Part shown: positions 19,563-29,928 of the stretch, piece after piece
Numbering within the stretch: position 1 is the stretch's first letter
Layout of the letters: each line of letters starts with the position of its first letter
Source of the DNA: Candidatus Binatia bacterium
GTDB lineage: Bacteria > Desulfobacterota > Binatia > Bin18
Assembly: GCA_963666315.2 (NCBI GenBank)
Contig: CAXXHG010000010.1
Coordinates: 64,001-128,000 of the forward strand
Length of the DNA: 64,000 nucleotides
Direction: 5' to 3'
The notes under the pieces: generated by a model
Seen by the model: only the letters and a program-made list of their open reading frames with translations
Told to the model about the DNA's origin: nothing
Databases searched by the model: none
Program-made: the position numbers and the translations under genes

Positions 19563-22088
19563 ATGAGTACCCCACTTCGCCTCCACCCCCAAGAACAGAT
19601 TCAGCAGTATCTCGATCCTGACTCGTTACCGGCACAGCCGCCACCCCTCATATTCTTGTCGATGCCGTTCGGGCTGCCGTATATGCCGTCGCTGGGTCTG
19701 TCGTTATTGAAGGCCGGTTTGGCGACGCGGGGCATTGCCGCCGATATCCGCTACCTAGGGATGACATTTGCCCAAACCATCGGCTACCCGTTTTATCAGC
19801 GCTTGGCGCATGGCGGCTCGAGCGATCTGGGAGATTGGATTTTTTACCGGGCACTCTACGGACCGCCATCGGCTTCGCAAATCGAGCGGTTTTGGCAACT
19901 GCAATTTGCAGACGGGTCGCCGCGCGGCATGGCAACCAGCTTTGAAGCCTTGCAGGAGCGCGTGGCCCAGGCGCAAGTGCGCGCCTGCGAGTTTATCGAC
20001 CACTGCCTGCACGAGATCGATTGGGCGCAGTATCGCATGGTCGGATTCACCACCATGTTCCAACAGAACCTAGCCTCACTGGCCCTGGCCGGGCGCATCA
20101 AAGAGATGCATCCTGACGTCCAGATCTTGTTCGGCGGACCGAATGCCGAGGGCGACATGGGTGCCGGTCTCATGGCATGCTTTCCGTTCATTGACTTTGC
20201 CTTTTCGGGAGAATCGGACGACCGCTTCCCGGCCTTTGTGGAAGCGATCTTAGCCGCTGAGCCCATCCCCTTAACGGGTGTGATCTCGCGCCATACACCC
20301 GGCGGCGCCGTACGCCTGCCCACCAATTGGGGCGGCCCCATTCATGACATGGATGCCCTGCCGTATCCAAACTTCGATGATTTCTACGCTCAGTTCAACG
20401 CGGCTTTCCCCGAGTTGCAACCGCACCTGAACTACGAAACCGCACGCGGCTGCTGGTGGGGAGCGAAGAGTCACTGCACCTTTTGTGGTTTGAACGGCTT
20501 GACGATGGCCTTTCGCAGCAAATCGCCGGACCGGGCCATTGACGAGATCAGTTTTCTGCACCAGCGATATATGGACCCGAACCGGGTCGTGCTCATGCAG
20601 CCGGCCGATCAGATCTTGGATTTACGGTATTTTGACTCGATGATTCCGCGCCTGCCCACCGCAGCGCCCGGCATTCCGACCTTCTTCGAGATCAAGGCCA
20701 ACTTGAGCCGCGACCAGGTCGCAGCCCTGGCCACAGCGCATGTGCACATTGTGCAACCGGGCATCGAGAGTCTCAGTAGCCAGGTGCTCAAATTAATGCG
20801 CAAAGGTTGTACCTTGTTGCAGAATATCCAGCTCTTAAAATGGTGCGCGGAGTTCGGCTTGCACGCCATCTGGAACTTGCTGTATGGATTTCCCGGAGAG
20901 TGTGAGGCAGATTATCAGCAGACCTCCGAGGCGGTGCCGCTGATCGCTCATCTGCAGCCGCCGAAGAAGTTCTTTGCCATTGAGCTCGATCGCTTTAGCC
21001 CCTATTTCACATCGCCCCAAGAGCTAGGCGTGAAAAATATCCGCCCGCCAGAAATTTTTTCGATCCTCTACCCGTTCGATGCCCAGCATCAATACGATAT
21101 TTGCTATACGTTCGATTTTGACTATATCGAATCCCGCGAGGCCACCACCTATCTGGGCTCCTCCCTGGACCGGGTTGCGCGATTATGGATGCGGACGCGG
21201 CAACGGGGCGCCTTGGTGGGGTTTTACGATGCAGAACGCCTGTTGATCTGGGACAGCCGTATCGGCGCCGTTAATGCCTGGGTCGAAATCCATGGGCCGT
21301 ATCGCGAGGCGTTGCTGCAAGCTGACCGTATTCTGGTAGAGAACCGGTTGAGAGATGTCTTTGCCGATGCGATCGGTGCAGCAGACGCGCAGACGACGCT
21401 GGATGATTTTTTGGCGTGCATGCAGCACCGTGGATTCGTGTTGCGTGAGGATGGACGGCTGCTGTCCTTAGTTGTGCTCAACGCCGTCTCGGATCACCTC
21501 CCCGCTGTATCCGAGGATCAAGTCGTCCACATCGCGCCTCGCCTCAACGACATGCCGGACGCTGGCATCGTCGCATTTGGTGGTGCGGCCATCGACGACG
21601 TGCTTGCCCGTCCACCGGATGACAGCGACCGGTATCAAGTCGTCCTGACCGGGCAGATCCTCCGCATATCGCGCATATCGCGCATGTCGACGGATGATAC
21701 TCAAGGCATTGACGGCGTGTGTGTGGTGGAATCGTTTTGGGGCGTCTCAGCATTTCGTTTGAGCGGTACGGTGCAGATGGCTCAGGGTAAGCCTACACGG
21801 CTTGCTCTGACTGCGGAGCGGGTCAGCGGCTTTGAGGCCGGACCATGGACCCTGGAGTTCGAGTCCGGCGATCACGGCTCGATCGACGCCGCCGGGGCCC
21901 GCCTCAGCGGCGATGCCCACTACCATGATGCGGTCAATCCATCTCTGCCGCTGCGTATGGCAGTCGAGGCTCTCACCGCGCCGGACGGATCGCGCCAGAT
22001 GCGCTTCAGCGCCACCGGAGAGGGCTTTTACTACGCCAGTTTTCTGGCCGCCGGTGAGAGTGTCGGCGGGGCTGAATCCGTTTTTTAA
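19563..22088 (+). CDS. RiPP-maturation-type cobalamin-binding radical SAM enzyme (TIGR03975-like) with a long C-terminal extension
   Basis: MPF..PSLGLSLLKA, VGFTTMFQQNLASLALA, GGPN, ETARGCWWGAKSHCTFCGLN (CX7CX2C), FEIKANL, QPGIESLS, WNLLYGFPGE, HLQPP, DRFSPYF. Confidence 0.9.
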   Translation: MSTPLRLHPQEQIQQYLDPDSLPAQPPPLIFLSMPFGLPYMPSLGLSLLKAGLATRGIAADIRYLGMTFAQTIGYPFYQRLAHGGSSDLGDWIFYRALYGPPSASQIERFWQLQFADGSPRGMATSFEALQERVAQAQVRACEFIDHCLHEIDWAQYRMVGFTTMFQQNLASLALAGRIKEMHPDVQILFGGPNAEGDMGAGLMACFPFIDFAFSGESDDRFPAFVEAILAAEPIPLTGVISRHTPGGAVRLPTNWGGPIHDMDALPYPNFDDFYAQFNAAFPELQPHLNYETARGCWWGAKSHCTFCGLNGLTMAFRSKSPDRAIDEISFLHQRYMDPNRVVLMQPADQILDLRYFDSMIPRLPTAAPGIPTFFEIKANLSRDQVAALATAHVHIVQPGIESLSSQVLKLMRKGCTLLQNIQLLKWCAEFGLHAIWNLLYGFPGECEADYQQTSEAVPLIAHLQPPKKFFAIELDRFSPYFTSPQELGVKNIRPPEIFSILYPFDAQHQYDICYTFDFDYIESREATTYLGSSLDRVARLWMRTRQRGALVGFYDAERLLIWDSRIGAVNAWVEIHGPYREALLQADRILVENRLRDVFADAIGAADAQTTLDDFLACMQHRGFVLREDGRLLSLVVLNAVSDHLPAVSEDQVVHIAPRLNDMPDAGIVAFGGAAIDDVLARPPDDSDRYQVVLTGQILRISRISRMSTDDTQGIDGVCVVESFWGVSAFRLSGTVQMAQGKPTRLALTAERVSGFEAGPWTLEFESGDHGSIDAAGARLSGDAHYHDAVNPSLPLRMAVEALTAPDGSRQMRFSATGEGFYYASFLAAGESVGGAESVF

Positions 22089-22180
22089 GACACCCGATCG
22101 GTACCTTTGGCGGCTTCGACGTACAGGCTTTCGCTTTGCCGCCGCGCCAACACTCGTCCCTCATCATCGTTTAACATCGC

Positions 22181-23497
22181 TTAACGTGCGTCAAGTTTTG
22201 CTACATAGTCCCAGAATGACGGATTGCCAGGAGAAACGCGAGCCAAGGTTAGCGGCCATTCGTCATTTTCATCAGAGCCATCTCCGTCGCCTGGGGGTGA
22301 GTCGACGTGAAGTGGCCGTTGATCCGAAAACTCAAAGCCCTCGGGTAACGAATGATCTTGCCGATTGCCCAGTGACCCAACGGGCTGAGGCAGGTGCAAT
22401 ATCGACTGAAAGATGCGATTCCATACTGCGCATGAGTGGTCAATAGCATACCAGTCGCGAACCATATGCGAGGCATGACTGACGAGCCGTTGGTATAGGT
22501 CAGGACCCGCCCAGAGCCGCATCAAACAATCAGCCGCGGCTGACGCATCGCCGATGGGAAACAGCATACCGGTTTCTTCGTGGCGCAGCGCCCGTTCCAG
22601 CCCCGACCCGTAGTATCTTGACGACACAACCGCCACATTCCTGGCCATGGCTTCATACACGACAAAAGGGCCGGTATCCGTCCACGAGGTCAGCAGCAGC
22701 ACATCACGGCCCGGGTGCATATGCGTCCAAGTGTCTTCCGGTGCCAACCGGCCCAGCAACCGTGCCGAGCCATTGTGTATCCAGGGCTGTATACGCCGCC
22801 GGAATTCGGCTTCGTCCGGCCCCAATCCTATGACCGTGAGTTCGAAGGGTACGGATCGCGCGTCCAGTGCATCGAGAATCAGGGGAATGTCATGCACGCG
22901 TTTGTCCGGCCAGTCGATCCGCCCAACGTAAAAGATGCTTAGGCGGTCGGCGCGATGTCTGGGTGGTGCAACCTGACGGGCAGAAACGCCGTAAGGTCCA
23001 TAACAGACGCGCTCGGGCGCCATCCCGCCCAAGGTGATGACAAGCTGCCTGGTGAGCTCATTGGTGCAGATCACTGCGTCGAGAACGTGAGCCCAATCCG
23101 CAATGTCTTTCAACAATCCCTCATCAATCATCTGGGCGGACATGGCAATCCTCGGCATGGATAGACCCGCTGACCGACACTCGCCCACCACCACCACTGC
23201 ATCCGTGACATTCAGAGTAATCACGAGGTCGGGCTGGATCGATTGGATCGCCCGGCGCAGTGCGTCGCGCCGGCCCTCAGGGGTGCCCGTCGTGCAGGAA
23301 ATCCGCACCCATTCCTGGTGCGGATGCTGCTCCAGGTAGCGTTCCGGACGGTGAAATTGCCTCCCCTGCAGTAATCCGATGCTGACCCGCCAGCCGCCAT
23401 TGCGCAGTCCCGGCTCGATGTAGTCAAGCCAAGTGGCGGCGCCACCGAGCGTATGAGCAGTCCGGTTGAGAAACAGGATGTGTGGTTGCATACGCAC
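22181..23497 (-). CDS. GT4-family glycosyltransferase
   Basis: GG near the N-terminus, YVGRI..DKRV, LLLTSWTDTGPFVVYEAMA, GMLFPIGD. Confidence 0.85.
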   Translation of the reverse strand: MRMQPHILFLNRTAHTLGGAATWLDYIEPGLRNGGWRVSIGLLQGRQFHRPERYLEQHPHQEWVRISCTTGTPEGRRDALRRAIQSIQPDLVITLNVTDAVVVVGECRSAGLSMPRIAMSAQMIDEGLLKDIADWAHVLDAVICTNELTRQLVITLGGMAPERVCYGPYGVSARQVAPPRHRADRLSIFYVGRIDWPDKRVHDIPLILDALDARSVPFELTVIGLGPDEAEFRRRIQPWIHNGSARLLGRLAPEDTWTHMHPGRDVLLLTSWTDTGPFVVYEAMARNVAVVSSRYYGSGLERALRHEETGMLFPIGDASAAADCLMRLWAGPDLYQRLVSHASHMVRDWYAIDHSCAVWNRIFQSILHLPQPVGSLGNRQDHSLPEGFEFSDQRPLHVDSPPGDGDGSDENDEWPLTLARVSPGNPSFWDYVAKLDAR

Positions 23498-23530
23498 GGC
23501 TACCGAGCAAAGCGGGTGAGAGACGCGTAC

Positions 23531-24148
23531 TCAGTGCAAGGCAGGACCGTGCACCCAACCGGCCAATACAATCCGGGTACCACCCGTGAGGGGGGAAACC
23601 GTATGGATTTCGTGGGCGGGAAAGAAGACCGCATCCCCTTGCTGCATGGTAATCGTATCTATTTCGGCCACGGTTAACACACCACCCGAAAAATCGTCTG
23701 ACGGAACCAGTTGCATGATACAGCTCAACTTACTTGAGTCCGGTAGGCGGTAGTCGCGATCCACGTGCGGCCGTGTCCAGTATCCATCTACGTATCTCAG
23801 GACTCGAAAGGTTTCGGCAATACCCGTCAGTGACAACTGCCAATATTCCTGATTCAACTCGGCAGCGGTTGTCGCCATCTTTGCGTAGACAAATTCCGCT
23901 TCCGCCGGCGTCACTTCACAGGTCTCAACCTGTACCGCGCCCGTTTCGCCATAACGGGAGTGGTCGAAATGCCGATACCCTTTATGTGCCGCAATCGCCA
24001 CCAGCCGCTCACATTCACTCTGAGATAACAGCCCCGTGCGGCACACATGGGAGGGCATTCTCCGAGAGAAGAGTGGGATCGGGTACAGAATTGACTGTGA
24101 TACGTCCGTCGTGCTGACACCTTTTCCGCAATAGATAGGGTTCGGCAA
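23531..24148 (-). CDS. 2OG-Fe(II) oxygenase (prolyl-hydroxylase-like)
   Basis: LRY..GY..PHVD, KLS, DFSGG.L, FFPAHEIHTVSPLTGGTRIVL.GW (HxD...H...R). Start uncertain. Confidence 0.88.
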   Translation of the reverse strand: MPNPIYCGKGVSTTDVSQSILYPIPLFSRRMPSHVCRTGLLSQSECERLVAIAAHKGYRHFDHSRYGETGAVQVETCEVTPAEAEFVYAKMATTAAELNQEYWQLSLTGIAETFRVLRYVDGYWTRPHVDRDYRLPDSSKLSCIMQLVPSDDFSGGVLTVAEIDTITMQQGDAVFFPAHEIHTVSPLTGGTRIVLAGWVHGPALH

Positions 24149-24405
24149 CGAAGTTATGGCCCAGCCATGATGGTGTCAAGGCTTTTGTAAGGAAGCCGGG
24201 ATCGACCACCTTACGGTTGGAGCCAAGCTGGTTCTACGCCATAAATGAGACACGGACACAAGGCGGACTCGGGCCGATAATGAAATCCTCGGCGGTCAAA
24301 ATCTCCCGCGACTGAGCCTATAGGCCATTTCGACATGCACACGATAATGATCAATACTCGTGAGCCGAATCGAAGGTCGATAGTAACTTACCAGGAGGCG
24401 ATGAT

Positions 24406-25755
24406 ATGGATGCCAACGCAGTGAGGCAGCACATTGAAAAGGAGCCGATCAATCAATGGGCACAAAGGCTGGGCGTAACTGCCACCACAGGCCATGATCA
24501 GCTCATCGGACAGACTCTACGGATTCATGGCAAGGGAGCTTTCGAGGTCAACCGTATTGAGGGCAGTGAAATCTACCTCAATGGTAAAGAGAGACCCATA
24601 CCCATCAGTGTGTTAACCGATGAGAACGGGGAATATTCGGCTTGGAAGGCAGACGGGAGTCGATTTGCCGCAAGAGTCAATGTCGTGACCGGTAACAGCG
24701 GTGCCCGCTCGCAAGAAGATCGACAGCACAGCCGCAAGCCGAGACAGTCCACGTCATCCAAGCGACAGCTGGAGCAGCTAGAGCAGCTGAACAAGGCGGG
24801 GGCGGAGATTCCGGCGACCGATGTCAAAGAAATCAACCACATGTTCTTAGTGCGGAATCCAGATGCGCTACACCGTACCGATCCATTGAACGTTGTCTTT
24901 GGCTTTGAGATGGCCAAAATCACCTATGTGGACCCGATTGGAAAAGTCCCAAAAGCCCTTGAACAGCCAGGGATTGGATTCAAAGAGGTTCGCGCCTTCG
25001 ATTCCAAGAACACGGACACGCAGGCATTCATCGCGGTAACGCCGGATGAAAAGGGCATTGTGATTGCGTTCCACGGTACGACGCCGGGCAAGGACATCTT
25101 GACCGATCTCAGCGTATCCTTTGACGATTTCGCGCTTGGTGGACAGGCGCATGAGGGCTTCCAAGACTACGTTCGTGGCGTGAAGGAGCTCATATACGAA
25201 CACCTTGAGAAGGTTATGCGGCGATACCCTGACGCCAAGATTTTTGGCGCGGGCCATAGCCTGGGTGCCGCCGCTATTGTTAACTTCATTGGTACAGCGT
25301 TGGGGGAAGGTGTCATCGAAGCCGCCCAGGTAGGCAGGGTGGTGCTGGCAGGTTCTCCAAGAGGGTTCGATAGGGAAGCCGCCCGGCTCTTCAACAAACT
25401 CATCCGAGCAAGAGTCGACCGATGCGTGAACGCCTCAGACATTGTGACCAAGCTGCCGGCGCTTCTTGCCTCAGTGGTTGCCAGTCTCTTGGCCTTGTTT
25501 CAGTCGGACGCTCATCCCGGCTTCTACAAGCATATCGGTACCTTTGCTCCGAACGTCTTCTTCGACGACAAGAGGAGAGAGACGTCGGAGCGGTCATGGG
25601 TCTATCGGATTTGGGAGCGGATACGCAGCCTGAAGGGCCAAGCGACGGACCATTTCTTGGATAACTACCTGAAGTGCGGTCACCGCTGGTTGGAGGAAAA
25701 GGGTCAGCTGCCGGATGAGAACGTGAGTCAACGCTTGGCCTCTGGAGCCTATTGA
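24406..25755 (+). CDS. class 3 lipase (Lipase_3) with an uncharacterised N-terminal region
   Basis: IAFHGT, AHEGF, GHSLGAA, GSPR, DIVTKLP, H.G, DHFLDNY. RBS AGGAGG. Confidence 0.85.
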   Translation: MDANAVRQHIEKEPINQWAQRLGVTATTGHDQLIGQTLRIHGKGAFEVNRIEGSEIYLNGKERPIPISVLTDENGEYSAWKADGSRFAARVNVVTGNSGARSQEDRQHSRKPRQSTSSKRQLEQLEQLNKAGAEIPATDVKEINHMFLVRNPDALHRTDPLNVVFGFEMAKITYVDPIGKVPKALEQPGIGFKEVRAFDSKNTDTQAFIAVTPDEKGIVIAFHGTTPGKDILTDLSVSFDDFALGGQAHEGFQDYVRGVKELIYEHLEKVMRRYPDAKIFGAGHSLGAAAIVNFIGTALGEGVIEAAQVGRVVLAGSPRGFDREAARLFNKLIRARVDRCVNASDIVTKLPALLASVVASLLALFQSDAHPGFYKHIGTFAPNVFFDDKRRETSERSWVYRIWERIRSLKGQATDHFLDNYLKCGHRWLEEKGQLPDENVSQRLASGAY

Positions 25756-26032
25756 GTAGCGCAAGATTCGTCCTCCGACCGAGTTTACTTTCCCGTACGC
25801 ACGCGCGCTCCTTAATCACGCCTGCTCCAAGTGCCCGGCCGCTTTTGAGTGTGGCGGCGCATTCTGCGACCTGCGCCATTTCGTCATACTGGTATGAGTC
25901 GACGGCTATCCGATCGGGGATTTGCGAGCCGAACAGCTGTCCCCCCTTCTTGCATCAGGGATCAGACGATATACAAATAACTGCGCAATGGACCCCTCGT
26001 AGGGAGCCCCTTGTGTGGCCAGGAGGAAAACC

Positions 26033-27274
26033 ATGCAGAGAGCTTTGAGCGGCATCCGTATCCTAGACATGACCCACGTCCAGATGGGGCCGTCCTGCAC
26101 CCAGATTCTAGCCTGGCTCGGTGCCGACGTCATCAAGGTCGAATTGCCGGGCCGGGGTGATATCACCCGCCAGCAGCTGCGCGACCTGCCTGACGTCGAC
26201 AGTCTGTATTTCACCATGCTCAACTGTAATAAGCGCAGTATCACCATTAACACCAAGACCACCAAGGGTCAGGAAATCTTTCGCAAACTCATCGAGGTGT
26301 GCGACCTACTCGTCGAAAATTTCGCGCCCGGCGCCCTGGACAGACAGGGGTTCAGCTGGGACGTTATCCACAAGATTAATCCTCGCATGATCTATGCCTC
26401 CGGCAAGGGGTTTGGCCCGGGTCCGTTCGTGGACTTCAAGGCGTACGAGACCGTCGCCCAGGCCATGGGCGGTGCCATGAGCACCACCGGCTGGGAGGAT
26501 GGCCCGCCGACCAGTACGGGCGCCCAGATCGGGGATTCCGGGACCGGCATACATCTCGTCTCGGCTATTCTGGCCGCACTCTTTCAGCGCGAGAAAACCG
26601 GACGCGGTCAGCGGGTCGAGGTCGCCATGCAGGATGCGGTGCTGAATCTGTGCCGGGTCAAGCTGCGCGACCAGCAGCGGCTTGCGCACGGTCCCTTGAA
26701 AGAATACCCCCAATATCTCACCAACACCTTCGGCGACGCGGTGCCGCGTTCCGGCAACGCGTCTGGGGGTGGCCATCCCGGTAGAGCGCTCAAATGTGAG
26801 CCCGGCGGCCCCAACGACTACATCTATGTGATCATCCAGGCCCAAGTCTGGCAGTCGCTGATGAAGCTCGTCGGACGTGAGGATCTCGGCGGCCATCCGG
26901 ATTACGCAACACCGGACGTCCGCCTGCCGCACCTGGATGAGTGTTTCAAAATTGTCGAAGCATGGACGCAGCAGCGTACGAAGTATGAAGCCATGAAACT
27001 CCTCAACGAGGTCAACATTCCCTGCGGCCCGATCCTCGACATGAAAGAGTTGCTGGAGGATGAGTCGCTGGCCGCGCAGGGCATTATAGTCGAGATCGAG
27101 CATCCCGAACGCGGGACATTCAAGACTATCGGCTGCCCGCTCAAGCTTTCGGATTCACCCGTTAAGGTGAAGACCTCGCCTCGACTCGGAGAGCATACCG
27201 AGGAAATCCTGAGGGAGCTTGTCGGTTACGGGGATAAGGATGTCGAGGCGGCGCGGGCCGAAGGCGCGATCTGA
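26033..27274 (+). CDS. frc: formyl-CoA transferase
   Basis: [66 protein letters not shown]. Confidence 0.93.
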   Translation: MQRALSGIRILDMTHVQMGPSCTQILAWLGADVIKVELPGRGDITRQQLRDLPDVDSLYFTMLNCNKRSITINTKTTKGQEIFRKLIEVCDLLVENFAPGALDRQGFSWDVIHKINPRMIYASGKGFGPGPFVDFKAYETVAQAMGGAMSTTGWEDGPPTSTGAQIGDSGTGIHLVSAILAALFQREKTGRGQRVEVAMQDAVLNLCRVKLRDQQRLAHGPLKEYPQYLTNTFGDAVPRSGNASGGGHPGRALKCEPGGPNDYIYVIIQAQVWQSLMKLVGREDLGGHPDYATPDVRLPHLDECFKIVEAWTQQRTKYEAMKLLNEVNIPCGPILDMKELLEDESLAAQGIIVEIEHPERGTFKTIGCPLKLSDSPVKVKTSPRLGEHTEEILRELVGYGDKDVEAARAEGAI

Positions 27275-27373
27275 AGCCGGCGAGCCATCGATTTTGGCCG
27301 GGCTGTCTCGCCTCGGGGAGATATAATGAGGGACGTTGGGTGGGAAGAGTGACATCTTTATCCAGGGAGGATT

Positions 27374-27955
27374 ATGGCTAGACGGGTAAGTTCCTGGTGG
27401 GTCTTGGGAATGGTGCTCTGTACCCTATTCGTTGCACGGGGTGGCACTGCTGACGGCCATACCAAACAGGTGACAGCAGATAGGCTTTCCTTTCGAGTCC
27501 CTGCTGACTGGATTCAGCAGACTCCGGCGAGCTCGATGCGGAAAGCGCAGTTCGAGATCCCCGCCAAGAATGACGACAAGGAAGCAGCCTCTCTGGTAGT
27601 GTACTACTTTGGTCCGAATCAGGGCGGGTCGGTCGAGGCGAACCTCAAAAGGTGGGAGCAGCAGTTCGAAGTGCCCGAAGGTACGTCACTCGCAGAGGTC
27701 AAAAAAATGGAAGAGAAGCGGCTCGCCGGGCTAAACGTGACCATTCTGGAGCTCGCCGGGACCTATGTGGCTCCTCTCTCCCCCCGAAATCCTAACGTAC
27801 GCCACAATAAGCCCAACTTCCGATTGTTTGCCGCGGTGGTAGAGACTGTCGACGGCCCCTTCTTCTTCAAAATTATAGGGCCGGCGCAAACCATGGACCA
27901 GCAGCGTGGGCAGTACATGCAGCTCATTGATTCGCTCAGCTTCCAGGCGAAATAG
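27374..27955 (+). CDS. secreted conserved hypothetical protein
   Basis: Signal peptide. SSMRKAQF, GGSVEANLKRW..QF and GP.FFKIIGP are motifs of a widespread uncharacterised family. Confidence 0.75.
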   Translation: MARRVSSWWVLGMVLCTLFVARGGTADGHTKQVTADRLSFRVPADWIQQTPASSMRKAQFEIPAKNDDKEAASLVVYYFGPNQGGSVEANLKRWEQQFEVPEGTSLAEVKKMEEKRLAGLNVTILELAGTYVAPLSPRNPNVRHNKPNFRLFAAVVETVDGPFFFKIIGPAQTMDQQRGQYMQLIDSLSFQAK

Positions 27956-27959
27956 ACGC

Positions 27960-29537
27960 ATGTCGCTCATTACCTGGTCCTGGCTCTTTCTCATCATCTA
28001 TATCGGCGCGATGCTCGCCATAGGCGTCGTGGGGCAAAGGCGGGTCAAACACGCAGATGACTTCGCGACGGCGCGCGGCTCGTACGGACCCATCTTCTTG
28101 GCCTTTGCCTTTGCGGCCACAACGGCCAGCGGTGCGACTTTTCTCGGCAGACCTGCACTTGGCTACGAGTGGGGTCTACCTACGATCTGGGGGACCTTCC
28201 TATACCCGATCGGGGTGTATTTTGGCGTCCTGATATCGATGCGGCTGATTGCGACGTCGGGTAACCGGTTTGGGAATCGATCCATACCGGAATACCTCGG
28301 AGACCGCTACCAATCCGAGGGCATTCGGGTGCTGGTCGCGGTGTTTTCCTTGGTGTTGTTTTTCTATCTCGCCGGCCAATTGGTCTCCGGGCTGGTGATG
28401 TTCGAGATTATGCTCGGCTTGTCCCCGCTGTGGGCGCTGCTCATCACGACGACCGTGTTGTCGATTTACGTCGTGCTCGGCGGCGCTCATGCCGATATCC
28501 TCACCGATGGGGTTCAGGGATGCATGATGCTGCTGGTTGCCGTCGTGGTCATCGTGCTGTTTGTGACGGGCTACGGCGTCGCAGGTGGCACAGGTGGACT
28601 AAACGGTCTGCTAAGCCTCGTCGACAACTTGGCCCAGCAGGATGAAAACTTGGTCGGTGTGCTCAATACTGAAACAGCCCTGTATCATTCCTGGTGGTCA
28701 ATTGTCGCAATTTTCATTTCCCACATCCCGCTCGGCCTGCTACCGCACATCGGCAATAAACTCTGGGCACTGAAAGACACGAGTCAGCAGAAAACCTTCA
28801 TCAAACTCGCTTTTACGTTTGGGCTGACCTTGGGCATGCTGGGTTTGGCGGGTCCGCTTGCCCGTGCGGTGTTGGGCGATGCATTATACGCTGCCGGTGC
28901 GAACCCGAATCAGGCGCTGCCGCTGCTCTTCATCGAGTTGTTTCCCACCTGGCTGGCGGCGTTGGTTGGCGTCGGCGTTCTTGCGGCGATCATGTCGACC
29001 GCAGACGGGCTGGTCGTGTCCTCATCCCAAGTGATTGCGAATGATCTCTACCGGCGGACTATCATCCCCAGACTGAAAAACGCTCCAAGTGGCGAACACC
29101 TCGATCGGCAGATTTTGTTCATCAGTCGGGTGTCTACAGTCGTAGTGCTGGTGCTATGTATGGCCCTGGCGTGGGCGTTGGTCGAGACCAACATCGCGCT
29201 CATTATATGGATCGGGAACGGTGGCATGATGGCCGCTTTTGCCGGTCCTTTAGTGGTCGGTGCGCTGTGGCGCGGGGTGACACGCAAAGGGGCGTATGCC
29301 GGCCTTGTCAGCGGCTTCGTCACCTTCCTCGTTCTGCATACCCAAATGCTTGATCCCGTTTGGTTTGGACCCGGTGCAGTACACGATGTCGTCGTATGGC
29401 TCCATACCGAAGGCCCCAGTCCGTTCTCCTGTGCGGCTATGGGAGAAATCATGTCGGTCGCCTGCACCTATGGCGTATCTAAATCGACCCAGCCGCTGCC
29501 TGAATCGCATATGAAGGCGTTGCTTGAAGGCGCATAG
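27960..29537 (+). CDS. sodium:solute symporter family (PanF/PutP-like)
   Basis: Many TM helices, ATTASGATFLG, EYLGDRY, YVVLGG..ADILTD.VQG, AAIMSTADG. Confidence 0.9.
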   Translation: MSLITWSWLFLIIYIGAMLAIGVVGQRRVKHADDFATARGSYGPIFLAFAFAATTASGATFLGRPALGYEWGLPTIWGTFLYPIGVYFGVLISMRLIATSGNRFGNRSIPEYLGDRYQSEGIRVLVAVFSLVLFFYLAGQLVSGLVMFEIMLGLSPLWALLITTTVLSIYVVLGGAHADILTDGVQGCMMLLVAVVVIVLFVTGYGVAGGTGGLNGLLSLVDNLAQQDENLVGVLNTETALYHSWWSIVAIFISHIPLGLLPHIGNKLWALKDTSQQKTFIKLAFTFGLTLGMLGLAGPLARAVLGDALYAAGANPNQALPLLFIELFPTWLAALVGVGVLAAIMSTADGLVVSSSQVIANDLYRRTIIPRLKNAPSGEHLDRQILFISRVSTVVVLVLCMALAWALVETNIALIIWIGNGGMMAAFAGPLVVGALWRGVTRKGAYAGLVSGFVTFLVLHTQMLDPVWFGPGAVHDVVVWLHTEGPSPFSCAAMGEIMSVACTYGVSKSTQPLPESHMKALLEGA

Positions 29538-29640
29538 AGCCGCGCAGGGCAACATAAGCAAATCCTCTAGACCGTAGTAACAGGTATGGCCTCCCGCGGA
29601 GGCATTTGCAAAATAGTAAGGCCGGGCGAGGTCAAGACTT

Positions 29641-29667
29641 GTCATTCTGAGCGAAGCAAAAAATCTC
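29641..29667. repeat. REP-like GTCATTCTGAGCGAAGC element
   Basis: GTCATTCTGAGCGAAGCAAAAAATCTC resembles a widespread dispersed palindromic repeat. Single copy in the window. Confidence 0.4.
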
Positions 29668-29928
29668 TCAACCGTAATCCCCCCACCCTGATTCGCCCAT
29701 AAGAGGCAGACACATGGAATGGGGCTGGCAATGGGTATTCCCAGCTTCGCGGATCGGGACAGATCCCGGTCAGGAGTCTAGTGGTAGAAACATCGGCTCG
29801 CAGTATAATTAGAGTTGGGCGGCTTGCGCTCTCGAGAGCCGGTACGGCATCGAAACAGAACAAGCGCTCCAGCGACACGCTAGTATTGAAACTGGTGCAC
29901 TCAACCACCAGATCTGGGGAACTCGTAG

